Under the pieces are notes generated by a model that had not been told where the DNA came from, did no database searches, and worked only from the letters and a program-made list of their open reading frames with translations. A stretch of DNA of 63,700 nt, counting the filler, from Basidiobolus ranarum (lineage: Eukaryota): NCBI GenBank assembly GCA_040143965.1. It is 16 parts of 16 records of this genome, joined end to end, with 100 filler letters (N's around TTAATTAATTAA, not from the genome) between each part and the next. Parts side by side here need not be neighbours in the genome. Positions count along the whole stretch, not along the records: positions 8,007 to 11,905 come from JASJQH010009102.1; positions 12,006 to 15,903 come from JASJQH010009103.1; positions 16,004 to 19,899 come from JASJQH010009104.1; positions 20,000 to 23,891 come from JASJQH010009105.1; 12 more parts are not named here. One strand, given 5' to 3'. Every line of letters begins with the position of its first letter. The stretch's first letter is position 1. The translations under genes were made by a program, and so were the position numbers. This document shows positions 11,506-23,866 of this stretch, one piece after another.

Positions 11506-13829
11506 AATTGCTAGTTGTGTATGCTTTTTGTTCCTCTCTATGAATGGCATGTTGCTAATTCTAAGTGCTTTCAACCTGAGTGTATAAAAATTGACTAGGC
11601 AAAATAAAGTCCAGTGGCAGCTTACCACTTTACCAGTCACATATAGCTACTAGATTAAAGTGCCATTTAAATTAGATACGTATGAATGACTGTATTTACT
11701 TGTGAAATGAATGCCTCTGATGAAAGATAAAGATAATAATCAAATAATATAAAAATAGGTTGCAGTATTCTAGCTCAGCCATATGATATCTTCAGATTTA
11801 GGGGGATGATAAACACCAGAAGGTGTAATATTTATTTATCAATTTAAACAAAGTCAATAAATAAATAAGCCAAGTTAGAATATAATATTCAAAGATAAAG
11901 TCAAGNNNNNNNNNNNNNNNNNNNNNNNNNNNNNNNNNNNNNNNNNNNNTTAATTAATTAANNNNNNNNNNNNNNNNNNNNNNNNNNNNNNNNNNNNNNN
12001 NNNNNTTTACCGCGATAATAGTATGTGATTATACCAATAGTGACTAATATCCCAACGTGTTACCACTCACACTGAACACAGCTCGCTCTAATGTTCTCCC
12101 CGAACAAACATCTGGGCTATTGAAGATCAACCTTAAATTGTTCAATCCACCAATAAGTGGAAGTCTTTGCAATCTTTATAGTCAACTTTTAAAGTGGGCT
12201 ATTGATATGCCCAGATTTCCATCATGAACTAGAATAGGCCATTTGCATTGTTTAGTCAACTCCAAACCGAATGGTCTTTCTGTACACTGAATAACTTTGC
12301 ATTCCTGTGCTCAAAGATGAAAACTGACTTGTCATACACACTGTTATAGCAATAATTTCCAATTAAAGACATGCTAATACGTCAAATCCTTACCAGTATC
12401 ACTCATGTATTACTCGGCGTAGAAGCTCGCTTGTGAGAAGAATCTAGTGGGCCCCAACCTCAGGAAAGGCAATAAAACATCCGCACTCCTCGTGCAGATC
12501 GACACGAAGATCAATATCATAATTCATTTTCCAGTTGTGCATAATTGTAACGATAATGGAATTTTCAATCTAGAATAGAACAGAACACTATGCTACGACT
12601 TATTAAGGATCTCGTGGCGAGGTGTGCAGAGCCCAGTATGCCCATAGATAGTCGTAATTAGTATGCTAACCTTTCGGTCCGGGTTGCTAAACCCTATTTT
12701 AAACTGAATTAGTGTCTTCGCTGGGGTTTTTTCAGAATAACTAACTTTATCAGGCTCATACAATCTGGTATCCACTCCCATTGGCCAGCTACCTCACTAC
12801 TTAGCCTATTAACTCACTTGACATTTTTTTTCGCACCTGATTCAGTTTGTTTGTCCCGAAATTATCGGATATGTCATTTGTCGGTTTACTTTGTGGTTTA
12901 CATTCCTTCCAATCGCTCTCTGGCAAATCTTAAATGGAATGCTACCAAATATGGTAAGTTTCAGTATCTTAGTCAAACTCTATAATAACTCTGAGGATAT
13001 AATCACTGTTACACATGTCCATTCGTGCTGGCAGCTAAAATGCTCCTCTTTCCCATCAAATTCGATGGTTTCATTCAATATTGGGAATCAGTAAAGGCAC
13101 TATATAGTGTGATGCTCATGTTGTTAATGATAAACATTGGGCGTATTCCGATTTTGTAACAGCCTCCTACATTGCTTCTTATGCAACTGATTAGGATGAC
13201 TCATTCGACTAGTCGTTTGCAATACATAGATCAGCCAAACAATACATGCACTGGAATCTTAGTGTGCATTTCTCTGCAACGAAACAAACGCTAATATGTC
13301 TTTGAAGCAGGTACATGCCATTAGCACCCAGGCTTGTTAAAGAGTGACAAGTGTTCATTTAAATCCAGTATCCAGTAATTTTCTCTCGAAACTTGGGGCG
13401 AGGCCATGTTGTTGATTAGCAAACGAAGTGATAACTGTTCCAAACACAATAAAGTATACTCCAAATTCGAGATGATTCAAACTCCATATTTAGCAAAAGG
13501 ACTGAGCAGCGAGCAATTGTATTTACCGAAAAGATTAATGTAGACCAGGTATTGGCTGCAGAAGAGCTACGAGCCTGGAATCTAGAAATATAGCTACCGG
13601 TGATGGCCAATTATGTTGCAGGTTATTTCCCTCAGTATTTTGGTTGCTATTCGTCACACTTCATTACCACGACCATGGAAAGTATAAAATACTAGACAAC
13701 ACATGGAAATCACCAACAGTCTATTCACTGGTTTCGATTTAGAAAAATCCCTCGTTGTGAATCTCATCAGAGATATTTTAGCTTCCTCAAAAGAAGATAC
13801 CCTCATTTCCTATCAATTCGTCAGTTAAG

Positions 13830-15122
13830 ATGTCCGAAAACAACTCTACCACTCCCGACGAAAAGGAAATCTCCCACTTGGAATACAGCGTCACCACCAC
13901 AAATGAGAGAACTGGCTCATCTCTTGGCGCCTACTACAATATTGTGTCTATTATTGCTGGTACCGGTACACTTCAATTGCCTTACGCTCTAAAACAAGCT
14001 GGATGGACCGGCGCCATTGTGATTCTGATCGCTACCTTGATGGCCATTTATACCGGGCAACTTCTCATCAAATGCTTATACTATGATGGTGTCAATCGAC
14101 TTCCCGATTTCCCTGCTGTAGGTCAAGCTGCCTTTGGAAAGCCTGGAAAGTATTTCATTCGGGTCTTTCATTATTCTATTCTCCTTGGATGTACCTGCGT
14201 TTATGTCATGTTGATCGGGTACAATATCGACTTGCTCCTTAACCTAGTCGAAGTCAGTGTTGGCTTGAAAGCATGGATTGCCATTGGAGGTTGCATTGTC
14301 TTGATCCCGTATCTGTTTCTGAAAACTGTTAAGGAAGTTGCTTGGTTAAGTGCTATGGGTGTCTTAACTACTTGTTTGGTAATCATAATCAGTGTCATAG
14401 TCGGGTTGATCCAGTTGAAGTCTCAGGATCTCCACTACGATCACGACGTGGTTAACTGGTCCCAGCTACCAATTGCCCTCGGCTCAATCTGTTTCTCTTT
14501 CGGTGGGAATGTTATATACCCTCACGTAGAGGCAGGAATGCGCAATCCAAAGGCATGGAACAAAGTACTAACATGTGCCATTTTAACTGTTTGCTTCATG
14601 TATCTGTTGATCAGTATTCCTTGCTACTACGTATTTGGCGTTATCACCGAAAGTCCCATCTACAATAACCTAGAAACCGGAGGAGCTAAGATCGCAGCCA
14701 TCCTTCTGATCACCATTCATATTATCATGGCATCCCCACTGTACCTCACAAGCTTTGCTAACGAGATGGAAGAGATGCTAAAGATTGATAGACAACACCA
14801 TAGCAAAGCTCGGGAATTCATACTTCGCGCTATTCTGCGCACATTTATTCTCACGTGCATCACGCTAGTGGCTATGTTTGTTCCTATCGTGAGTGACTTT
14901 ATGTCGCTGATTGGTTCCTTGTCCTATTCCATCATTTTGTTTATGGCTCCAGTGGTGTTGTACATCAAGCTTTATGGATTCAAAAAGCTCGCCAAGTGGG
15001 AGGTGATTGTTTGTGCACTCATCATGATCATTGCCTTATGCGCTTGTATTCTTGGTACCAAAGATGCCATCATTCAATTCCAAAAGAGCATGAAGAACTT
15101 GAATGACAAGCCGAAACATTAG
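13830..15122 (+). CDS. Amino acid transporter (Aa_trans/AAAP family), intronless
   Basis: 430 aa with about 11 hydrophobic segments; GAYYNIVSIIAGTGTLQLPYA and FSFGGNVIYPHVEAGMRNP motifs. Confidence 0.92.
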   Translation: MSENNSTTPDEKEISHLEYSVTTTNERTGSSLGAYYNIVSIIAGTGTLQLPYALKQAGWTGAIVILIATLMAIYTGQLLIKCLYYDGVNRLPDFPAVGQAAFGKPGKYFIRVFHYSILLGCTCVYVMLIGYNIDLLLNLVEVSVGLKAWIAIGGCIVLIPYLFLKTVKEVAWLSAMGVLTTCLVIIISVIVGLIQLKSQDLHYDHDVVNWSQLPIALGSICFSFGGNVIYPHVEAGMRNPKAWNKVLTCAILTVCFMYLLISIPCYYVFGVITESPIYNNLETGGAKIAAILLITIHIIMASPLYLTSFANEMEEMLKIDRQHHSKAREFILRAILRTFILTCITLVAMFVPIVSDFMSLIGSLSYSIILFMAPVVLYIKLYGFKKLAKWEVIVCALIMIIALCACILGTKDAIIQFQKSMKNLNDKPKH

Positions 15123-18100
15123 GGATTGGCACGACTGGACCAAAGATGAGTCTTAGCTATGACGCGTAATTACCGTAACACCCACTGACCTGCAGTAAAA
15201 ACTCCAATCGAGAACCACTTGACTGTAATACCGTATTCCCCAGAAATTCTTCCTTTGAGTTAATTTGTAAATACCAGATGTTTAATATGCCTATGATTCC
15301 TCCCCCATATGACTTAATATTTATAAGGCTTTATGGCCTAGTACCCCACCCGATGATCGTTATCATTTGAAGTTTTGGAATAAATAAAAACCCGTTGTAA
15401 CTCCCCATTCCATTTAGTTGCTTACATACTCAATAATACCAGACGATTCCATTGTTTTTATATTATCGATGTTCTGGTCGACATTAGTTAACACTAGCTA
15501 TCACCCGCTATAACTATAATATTCATCTAGTTGTTCGGTTCTCAGTAAGCTTCAATATAATATCTTATTCTAGCCAGATCAATGTGTACATACCACTTGG
15601 CATTCTAAATGCTGTTGAGGTTAAAGTGTTAAAGTAAGATAAAACGCAAAAAGCACTGATATTGCATAATGTAAAGCTTGAAAACTGCAATGGAAATGTG
15701 ACCTAGAGTCGTGGTCACTAGATGACTAAGCAGTAGTTTAGGAATAATAAACACTTTGAGTATAAATATGCTTTATAATAGCATCATTGAAGCCTGATGA
15801 CCAATGTAATCAAGCTCAGAGGATGTAAATATAGTGTTAAGGGGCAAAGGTGGTAAGCAGAAAGGAAGGTACTCAGTACAAACCAGATGGACAATAGGAC
15901 AAANNNNNNNNNNNNNNNNNNNNNNNNNNNNNNNNNNNNNNNNNNNNTTAATTAATTAANNNNNNNNNNNNNNNNNNNNNNNNNNNNNNNNNNNNNNNNN
16001 NNNAGCAGTCTTTCACTAAGCAATAGGCGACAGCGTGGACTTGCTTTAATTTATGTTGAATGTCTTGTTGCCTTTGCTACGTTGATTGGGCCCAAGTACG
16101 TGTGGATTCAATCTCCAAGAACTCGCCCAAGAAACATGCATTCAGAACTAGACCTAGCCACTTTGCCGAAACGTGGCTGCATATATGTGTCATTTGAGTG
16201 CTACGATTAGTGCTCCATGAGGTAGTTTCCAAAGTTAACCTTGGTGAGATGGCCTTCTGACAGCATTCCGTCGCCCCATTTATGAAGTGGATATTGGAAT
16301 GCTGTCATTGGTACCACAGCAGATGAATCGACCCTATGTTAGCTGGAGAGAAGTGCCTATTGACCAGATGACGAGGAAGTGGAGCTCGGTAGTTTGAGAG
16401 ACTGCATCTTAGATATGCACAAATTACGTGACTGAGGTGGTACGCAACTCAGTCACTGATGAATTCGAACCCATCGCTCGCCACTGGATCTCGATTTAAT
16501 ATATTGCATTTACTCGCATGACTGCAGGATCATTTCGCCTCAACCCATGTAGACTGTCTTGCCCAGATTTAGCAGACGAATCTTGAACAACAAACCCTAA
16601 GATCCCGTGACTCAACATACAAGCACCAGTTTGCAATCATCACACTGTCTTTATTAGCAAAGGTACACATCCTAGCTACCAACTACCAGCTCCATTAGCA
16701 GATCTGTGAGCAAGGAACAATTAGTGCTTGATGACATGGCTGGGAAGCGAGGCCGCCACTGGTAAGTATGGCATGAATAAGTTAGGATTCTGGTTATAGC
16801 TGTACATGGATATATAGAAGTTTGCAGGAATCGGACACTACGGCAAAATTAGCGTCCGAATATTCCTAACATAGTGGCTAACTTAGCTAATACAGTTCAA
16901 TAGCGCAGAATTCACGCATTCTGTGTACTGAACAACCTAGGGTTAGGTTTACAAAGTGATTTTGGTTCCAAGCCATGGCCATCCTAACACAAGCGTCGCA
17001 GTCATTTAAAAGGCCCAGTAAATCTTGATGTTATCGACAGTCACGCACATGTGCTTGATCTTTTCGCACATATCAATATATCGTCTCACTTACGTTTAAG
17101 GTCATTCCTGGTCAACTTGTGGCTTGTATATATTTGTATATGCGATCAACAGAATGATATGGATTGTTCGCTGCAGAAATGGCATTCGGTTCAATACGGA
17201 GGACATCTTCCGTCAAAGCCCTATTTGTGGAGACATCCTACTTCTAGTCTCACCACAAAGCATTCCAAATGCTTCATCCAATGGGCTGTATTACCATCCA
17301 ATTAATGATTCAAACGCTCACCAGAATGGTGTTAGAACGAGCAAGCAGTATTTTCGGTCGATGTCTCGACTAATAGAATCTGACATTTCCATTAGATACC
17401 GTACAGCTGCGAATCATCTCCATGAAAGCGAGGTCCAAAGGAGATACCTGTTTATTGCTGCATTGAGCCTTTCCATTGGGGAAATGCTGAGCATAAAGTA
17501 CTGCCTATCTTTAGCCAATAGACTGACGCACGCTTAACTGGTACTCACCAACTCCGATTGGCATTTGACTTTTAAGTTAAATTGATCCGTGGGCGAAACA
17601 GGTACTATGAGTATCCAATGGAGTTAGTGGTTTGCTAGCAATTACGTTACACGATAATGCATTCCATTCAGAGCATATGCCTGGACTGATGTTTTAGTAG
17701 ACAGGTATCTAGTATATGGTGAAGAGCTCATGCATGCTATCGACTTTGAAAATCCTAATAATCATACCTTGGCCTATCTTTTTAATGTTTCTCAATAGAT
17801 TTGCTATTTGCCCATTTGGACAAATCCGCTACCAATTGCTACCATTCCAATTTATAATTTTGACTTTCTACCACTGTTACTTTTATCGATTCCAACCGCA
17901 GTTGTGACAAGATATTCATTAAGATCAACTTTTTTACCTTCGAATATGAGTGTTAATCAGGTGTAGAATACTATTACCTATCTATGTTAGGTATGACTTT
18001 TAGTTAAATATCACCCATGCATCGCAGCAAGAGCTAGGACCAAGTCAAAGCTATGAATTTGCAGTAGTTCAGAGAAAAACTAATCCGCACAGCTGTATCA

Positions 18101-19117
18101 AAACCATTCATGTTGAGAAAACATATAATAGCATGGTTATTATCTACCATAAGTTGAATAGTTGGTGCTGCTATCCAAAATTTATTATGCTATTTTCAAT
18201 ACATAAATCACATTTCTCAGTACCATTTTCTATGGCACTGATATTGCATTGGGTAATCTTTAGTCATTAACCAATCATCCTCAAAATTGTTCAATAATGC
18301 TAACAGTAAATACCAAGGCTTGGACTAGGGGCTAGTGGGGTATTTGAGCCTAACCTAACCTTAAGTGTTACTTTTATTAAATCCATTTTCTCTATGCCAG
18401 CTTAATAGTAATTGCATATATAGCACTGAAATTGGGTAGCAGTATTTAGACAAAAAGAACCTAGTTCAAAATCAGACGTTATGTGCATGCAATTGCAAAT
18501 TATGAACAGTTGCAACATTAGACTTGAAATTTCTGATCTAGCTTGTCAGCTGAAAGAAATCCTATGATGTAGACCCAGATTCATAATCTATAACCAATGC
18601 AAGCACTACTCTGGTAGCATAACTGTATAATATTCTAAACTCTCAGTCTAATACTTCATATGACCAAATCATGTAATATCCTGCTTTAATATTGGTAGTG
18701 ACTATTACAATCAGCTTTGGATATCAGTATATAAAATTAAAATTGATTACATAGATTGGTAATCCAATAACTGACTATTCTCCTGCAGCCATTTATAGTT
18801 AATTTTTGATTCTTCTACTTTGATCTTATCCAGTTATATGATTGTCTTGCTAGCAATGTCAACTAGTGATCAGTTTGTTATTAGTCATCTGTATCCAATC
18901 ACCACATTAATCTCAACAAGTCACCTCTTATTTATACTTCATATGCTTTAATTCATTGACCAAATGTTGTCAGCAACATTATTGCCTTATCTGGTATTAA
19001 ACAGCTTCTGCACAACCAACATACCTTAGCAGTGATAAATTGAGAATATATTGGAAAAATACAAGCTATTTGGAGGAACTTAAGAAGAAATCAGTTGTTA
19101 TGAACTTCAAAGATAAT

Positions 19118-19448
19118 TGTCACAATAAGGAACTGGACAAGGACTGGAAACAATGACAAGAGCCTAGAAGGCAAGGAGAGTACTTGGGTGTAGACTACAA
19201 GACAAGACAAGACTGGGCAGGGAAGTTACTTTGGCAAGAATCTTAATTCATATCTGGAATTGATCAGACTGAGGCCTGCTCAAGGAAAACAGGGAGCTTA
19301 TATTAGTATTTCAGGGTGAAACATAATATGCTGAATAGTAAATATTTTGTGGCCAGTTCAAGTACTGGGGTGTTGGGTACTACAAGGATCAATACAAAGA
19401 GGGATGATGTAAGGTTGATCAGGTGACCATCCATAGAAGGTCTTGACA
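19118..19448. mobile_element. Putative solo or partial LTR (TGTCA...TGACA, 331 nt)
   Basis: 5-bp terminal inverted repeat TGTCA/TGACA in CpG-poor DNA. No second copy or target-site duplication seen. Confidence 0.35.
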
Positions 19449-19522
19449 GAAATATACAGGACTTGTTCTCTGTGAGGGTATAGATGTTCTGGTAAGGGTA
19501 AGGGAGGGTAAGGATGAAAAGA

Positions 19523-19634
19523 GGGGGTCTGGGGGACGCAGTCCTCCCAGTATAAAAAGAAAGCAGGGGGTATGGGGGATGCAATCCCCCATGTAAAAAA
19601 GAAAGCAGGGGGTTTGGGGGATGCAATCCCCCAT
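19523..19634 (+). repeat. Three tandem ~42-nt G-rich hairpin units
   Basis: GGGGG-TNT-GGGGGA(C/T)GCA(G/A)TCCCCCA followed by AAAAAGAAAGCA; units start at 19523, 19566 and 19608 (unit 1 slightly imperfect). Confidence 0.9.
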
Positions 19635-20199
19635 GTACACCCTTCTCATAATATACTCAAGTCACTAGTATATGGGAAGAATTGGGCTTGCCCAAATTTT
19701 CCAAAGGTCAGATCTCTGACCTTTGACATCCCTGAAGAAGAGACACTGTTTCCAACATTATAACACAGCCTATTCCAGCTTTCATAATTTTTATGAATTT
19801 AGAGAAATTTCTCAGATATTGAATATTTTTTAACTTTTGTAAATTTGCAAGTCTCTGGGAAATCAAAGTGCAGATGTTTTCCTTCAGACTCTGAAAGCTN
19901 NNNNNNNNNNNNNNNNNNNNNNNNNNNNNNNNNNNNNNNNNNNTTAATTAATTAANNNNNNNNNNNNNNNNNNNNNNNNNNNNNNNNNNNNNNNNNNNNA
20001 ATCATAGGTGGATATCAGAATACGTTTGAACTGTGTTAGATTTACATTTCGCCAACTTTATTTAAACTGCCGGTCCATAAATCTTCGTCACGAAAGAATA
20101 TAGATTCTGAGGTAAAACGCCAGCCTAAAAGTACTCATCACGACATCAAATAAAGCAGTCCATTTTTTTCACGTTACCCATTTGTATTTTTCATCAACA

Positions 20200-21280
20200 A
20201 TGACCATACTAGGTCATTATCCCCAAGGCTACACATTTCCACGACACAGACTTAGACCAACGCTCAAAGGTAAAATGCTTACAAACCAGCGATCTATATT
20301 CATACACAAGGGTATTTATTTGTGGATTTTTTATAGACGAAACCAAGTTACCGTTGGTCTTGGTTGCATGCGGCTCATATTCCCCAATAACTTATCTTCA
20401 TTTGCGTATGTTTGGTATGTATTTAACAGGACTCTATTTCCTTCTCTTCTCTCTGAACGTCTTGTTTTCATTTAGAAATGGCTAAAGATGAGATAGAAAG
20501 AGCTGGAAAGTATGAATTGTTGGGCGGCTATTTCTCACCCGTCAATGACAAGTATAAAAAAAAAGGGCTGGCTTTGGCCACTCATAGGGTGAGGATGTGT
20601 GAACTAGCAACAGATAGCACTTCAAATTGGTTGATGGTAGACCCCTGGGAAGCCTTGAACCCTAGTTACCAAAGAACTGCGGTTGTCCTTGATCACTTTA
20701 ATAATGTTCTGAATGATTCCGAAGGTGGCGGTGTTCTACTGTCAGATGGTAAGTTGGCAAATACATTACCCTAAGAGGATCGAGACCCTAAATAAGCATC
20801 ACACCAGGTATAATTAAGCCTATTCACATCATGCTTTTGGCTGGAGGTGATCTTGTCGAATCGTTCGGTATTCCTGGGTGCTGGGCTGTTAAAGATGTAT
20901 GCAGACAAATCCATCTTATTCGGATACCTTTGTATATCTAACGTGCCATTGTTCAATACTAGATGGAGCATATTTTAGCAAGCTATGGCTGCATAATCGT
21001 TGAGCGCACTGGCTCCGATGTTCGCCACTTTCTCCTCAACCACGACACTCTTTTCCGTCACCGGGTAAGGCAATCCAACTTACTTCTGATTGGACGGATC
21101 ATGCTTAACTCATTTGTTATCATTCAATAGAAAAACGTGATTGTAGTCAAACAATTAATTCACAATGACATCAGTTCAACCAAAATTAGGCTATTTGTAA
21201 AACGTTGTATGTCGATCAAATATCTTCTACCAAACCCAGTAATTGATTATATTGTTCAACATGGACTATACCTCGAGTAG
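20200..21280 (+). CDS. NMA1: Nicotinamide/nicotinate mononucleotide adenylyltransferase, 6 exons
   Basis: Spliced: YTFPRHRL / LVLVACGSYSPITYLHLRMF / GGYFSPVNDKYKK..HRVRMCELA..WLMVDPWE / MLLAGGDLVESF / YGCIIVERTG / NDISSTKIRLF..LYLE*. All introns are GT-AG. Confidence 0.93.
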
Positions 21281-21991
21281 CTCTTGTTCAAGCCCATATG
21301 TCTCTCAAATAGTTTCACTTTTGTAAAATTAAAAGATGCTACAGCGGGTTTGACTGCCGTCGTAACTGGATGACTCCAATTTCGTGTCCAATTAGATGGT
21401 GTAGCCATTCTCGTGACACAATGCGATAAATAGTAATTGAATCTAAAATTTACTAACAGGATGGGCGCTCAATGCCATATTTCTGTTAGATATGTCGGAA
21501 ATCATCTCTGAACTTGGGCTCGAGGCTTCCAAAGCCCAATTGATCAATATGTACTTGACATATAAGTAGCTGTCAGTATCTTTTGTGTTGTCCTTCTAAC
21601 TCAATACCTCATTCGTACGTCTAGAAGCAATTTGAAGATCCTCGGAACGTGGTGTTGTCATCCAGATTAGGTAAAGCCACAGCATATTTACTACACTTGC
21701 CCTCGCTCCATACCTGATAATTGCCTCTTGCCTAATATACTGTAGTATGAGGTTTTTTCCACTCAACAGATTGGTGTTGTATATCCAGGCATTTCCATTT
21801 TAAGTATAGAAAAAAATCCTTCTGTTAAGCAATTTCCTTAAATTAAACTTAACCTAATAGCAATGTCCAGTCCATATATATCGGAAGATCTTAAAAGTCA
21901 AATCTATACGATATTTCGAATTCAGCCTTAATGACATTTTAAAATATAAATGCGGGTAGGGACGCTAGGTGAACAGGTAATATTGCACATC

Positions 21992-22833
21992 ATGGAGTTT
22001 TGGAATACCTACTTTAATAAGTTACTAAAGTACCCGAGGACGCCTTTCCCTCCCATGTCGCCCCTTAGTCATATACTTGGTTCATTTCTGGCCACCTTCA
22101 CTGGCATTTCTATCGTGGGCTTGCTGACTTGGGAGGCAAATATTTTCAGTTCTTATAATAATGCGCCAGTAATCTTGGGAGCTTTTGGTGCTAGTTCAGT
22201 GTTGATTTATGTTGCACTTGAAAGTCCCCTTGCACAGCCATACAATGCATGTAAGTTACTTTTACTGGTCTGCTTATTGCTCTCCTTTAACTCAAATTAT
22301 GTTTAGTTGTTGGTGGAACCATATCGGGTTTTATTGGTATTTCTGTTGGAAAGGTCTTTGATGCTCTATGTGAGCATAATACGGATTACTTATGGCTACA
22401 ATGTGCACTCGCCGTATCACTAGCTATAGTTGGAATGATGCTGACACGAAGCGTTCATCCGCCTGGAGCTGCCACTGCCTTGATTTCAGTCACCAGTGGT
22501 CAGCACATTAGAGATATTGGCTATTTCTTCATCGTTTCACCTATACTTTTGGGCACCACTATAATGATTATAGTGGCCGTTCTGTTTAACAATGTGCTGA
22601 GGAAATACCCAATGTACTGGATATTCCACAAACCCAAACCAATGGAATTCGATGGAATTAAAGTATCAAACTCCTTAACATCTGCTACCAAACCTAGCCA
22701 AGATATCAATATTCCAATGACTGAAACTACTCCATCTTTTGCTTCGGAAATAAAGTTGGAGGCAGCCGAGAGAAGAATAAGAGAACTAGAGGAGAAAATA
22801 GCGATGCTAGAAAGTTGTTCAGTGACACAATAG
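21992..22833 (+). CDS. HPP-family integral membrane protein, 2 exons (intron 22251-22306)
   Basis: GAFGASSVLIY..ESPLAQP(Y)N and SVHPPGAATAL signature; splicing joins the two ORFs in frame. Confidence 0.88.
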
Positions 22834-23701
22834 CCGCTCCCGCATAGACTTTAGTTAATCAGTTTAATTCCTGTCGCTCGGCAGTTTAACATGCTGTTTT
22901 ATTTCCTAAACAACCTATATATACTTAGAATGAAGAGGGGAAAATCCAACAATAATAGATGCAGACTTGTTTAATAAATACCATCATTTTACTAGCGAGC
23001 TTACATACTCATTGATTTAACATCCCTTGATTGTTTATGTGTAGTTTCGAGATCGCCAAGCACTGGAGCACCATGTTCTGAAGTTTTTGTGAGTCTCCAC
23101 TTGACCCGAGTTCCAAGTTAATAACATCAAGTCTCGGTTAAACTCTTTGGCACCCAGAGTGGATCGAACATCCCAAAGACAGTATATCTCATTCACCCGT
23201 GATCCAAATCAGCTATGGGCATTTTGGGAGGTAGAAATCCATGACGTGTAAGTTTATGGACATGGATGTCGATGAGTAATTACGCAGCATTTTACTACCT
23301 CAAAAATGTAGGAATAGGATGGCTTGCAACAGGCTATACTAAGCCAATCGCCACGTCGAGAATGCTACAAGACATTTGTAGAATTCTTCTGGAAGCACAT
23401 TCAGCGTAACATATACAGCTACATATGGTTGTCTTGTTTGTTATCTCCTTATTTGCAACACAGTTTGAAATTCCGGGGATTGAAAAGATATCTTGTCCTA
23501 AATAAAGTATATACTGACACTGATCACGTCAAAAGTTCTCAGATCACTATGTATCATCTTAATTGGCCATGTCACCATTGAAGGGTCCAATGATTCTCGT
23601 GGCTGTAAAGGCAAGCATCGTTTAGCTGTATTTAAGCATGAACATCGACAACATGTATACGCATACCTTTCTCATCAACAAACTAACCTTTATCTACTTG
23701 A

Positions 23702-23866
23702 ATGGAGCGTAAATTTAAGCTGAAGTTGCTTCTCTCACTGACAACAATTTTCTTCTTGGCCGAGCTGATTGTAGGCTATGTGGCTGGTTCTATAGCATTG
23801 GTTGCTGACTCTTTTCACATGCTTAGTGATATGCTGAGTGTTATCGTCGCTTTGTATGCAATTAAT
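23702..23866 (+). CDS. CDF zinc transporter (Zrc1/Cot1/ZnT1-like), first exon; truncated by contig end
   Basis: FFLAELIVGYVAGSIALVADSFHMLSD motif followed by a GTACGA donor. Confidence 0.88.
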
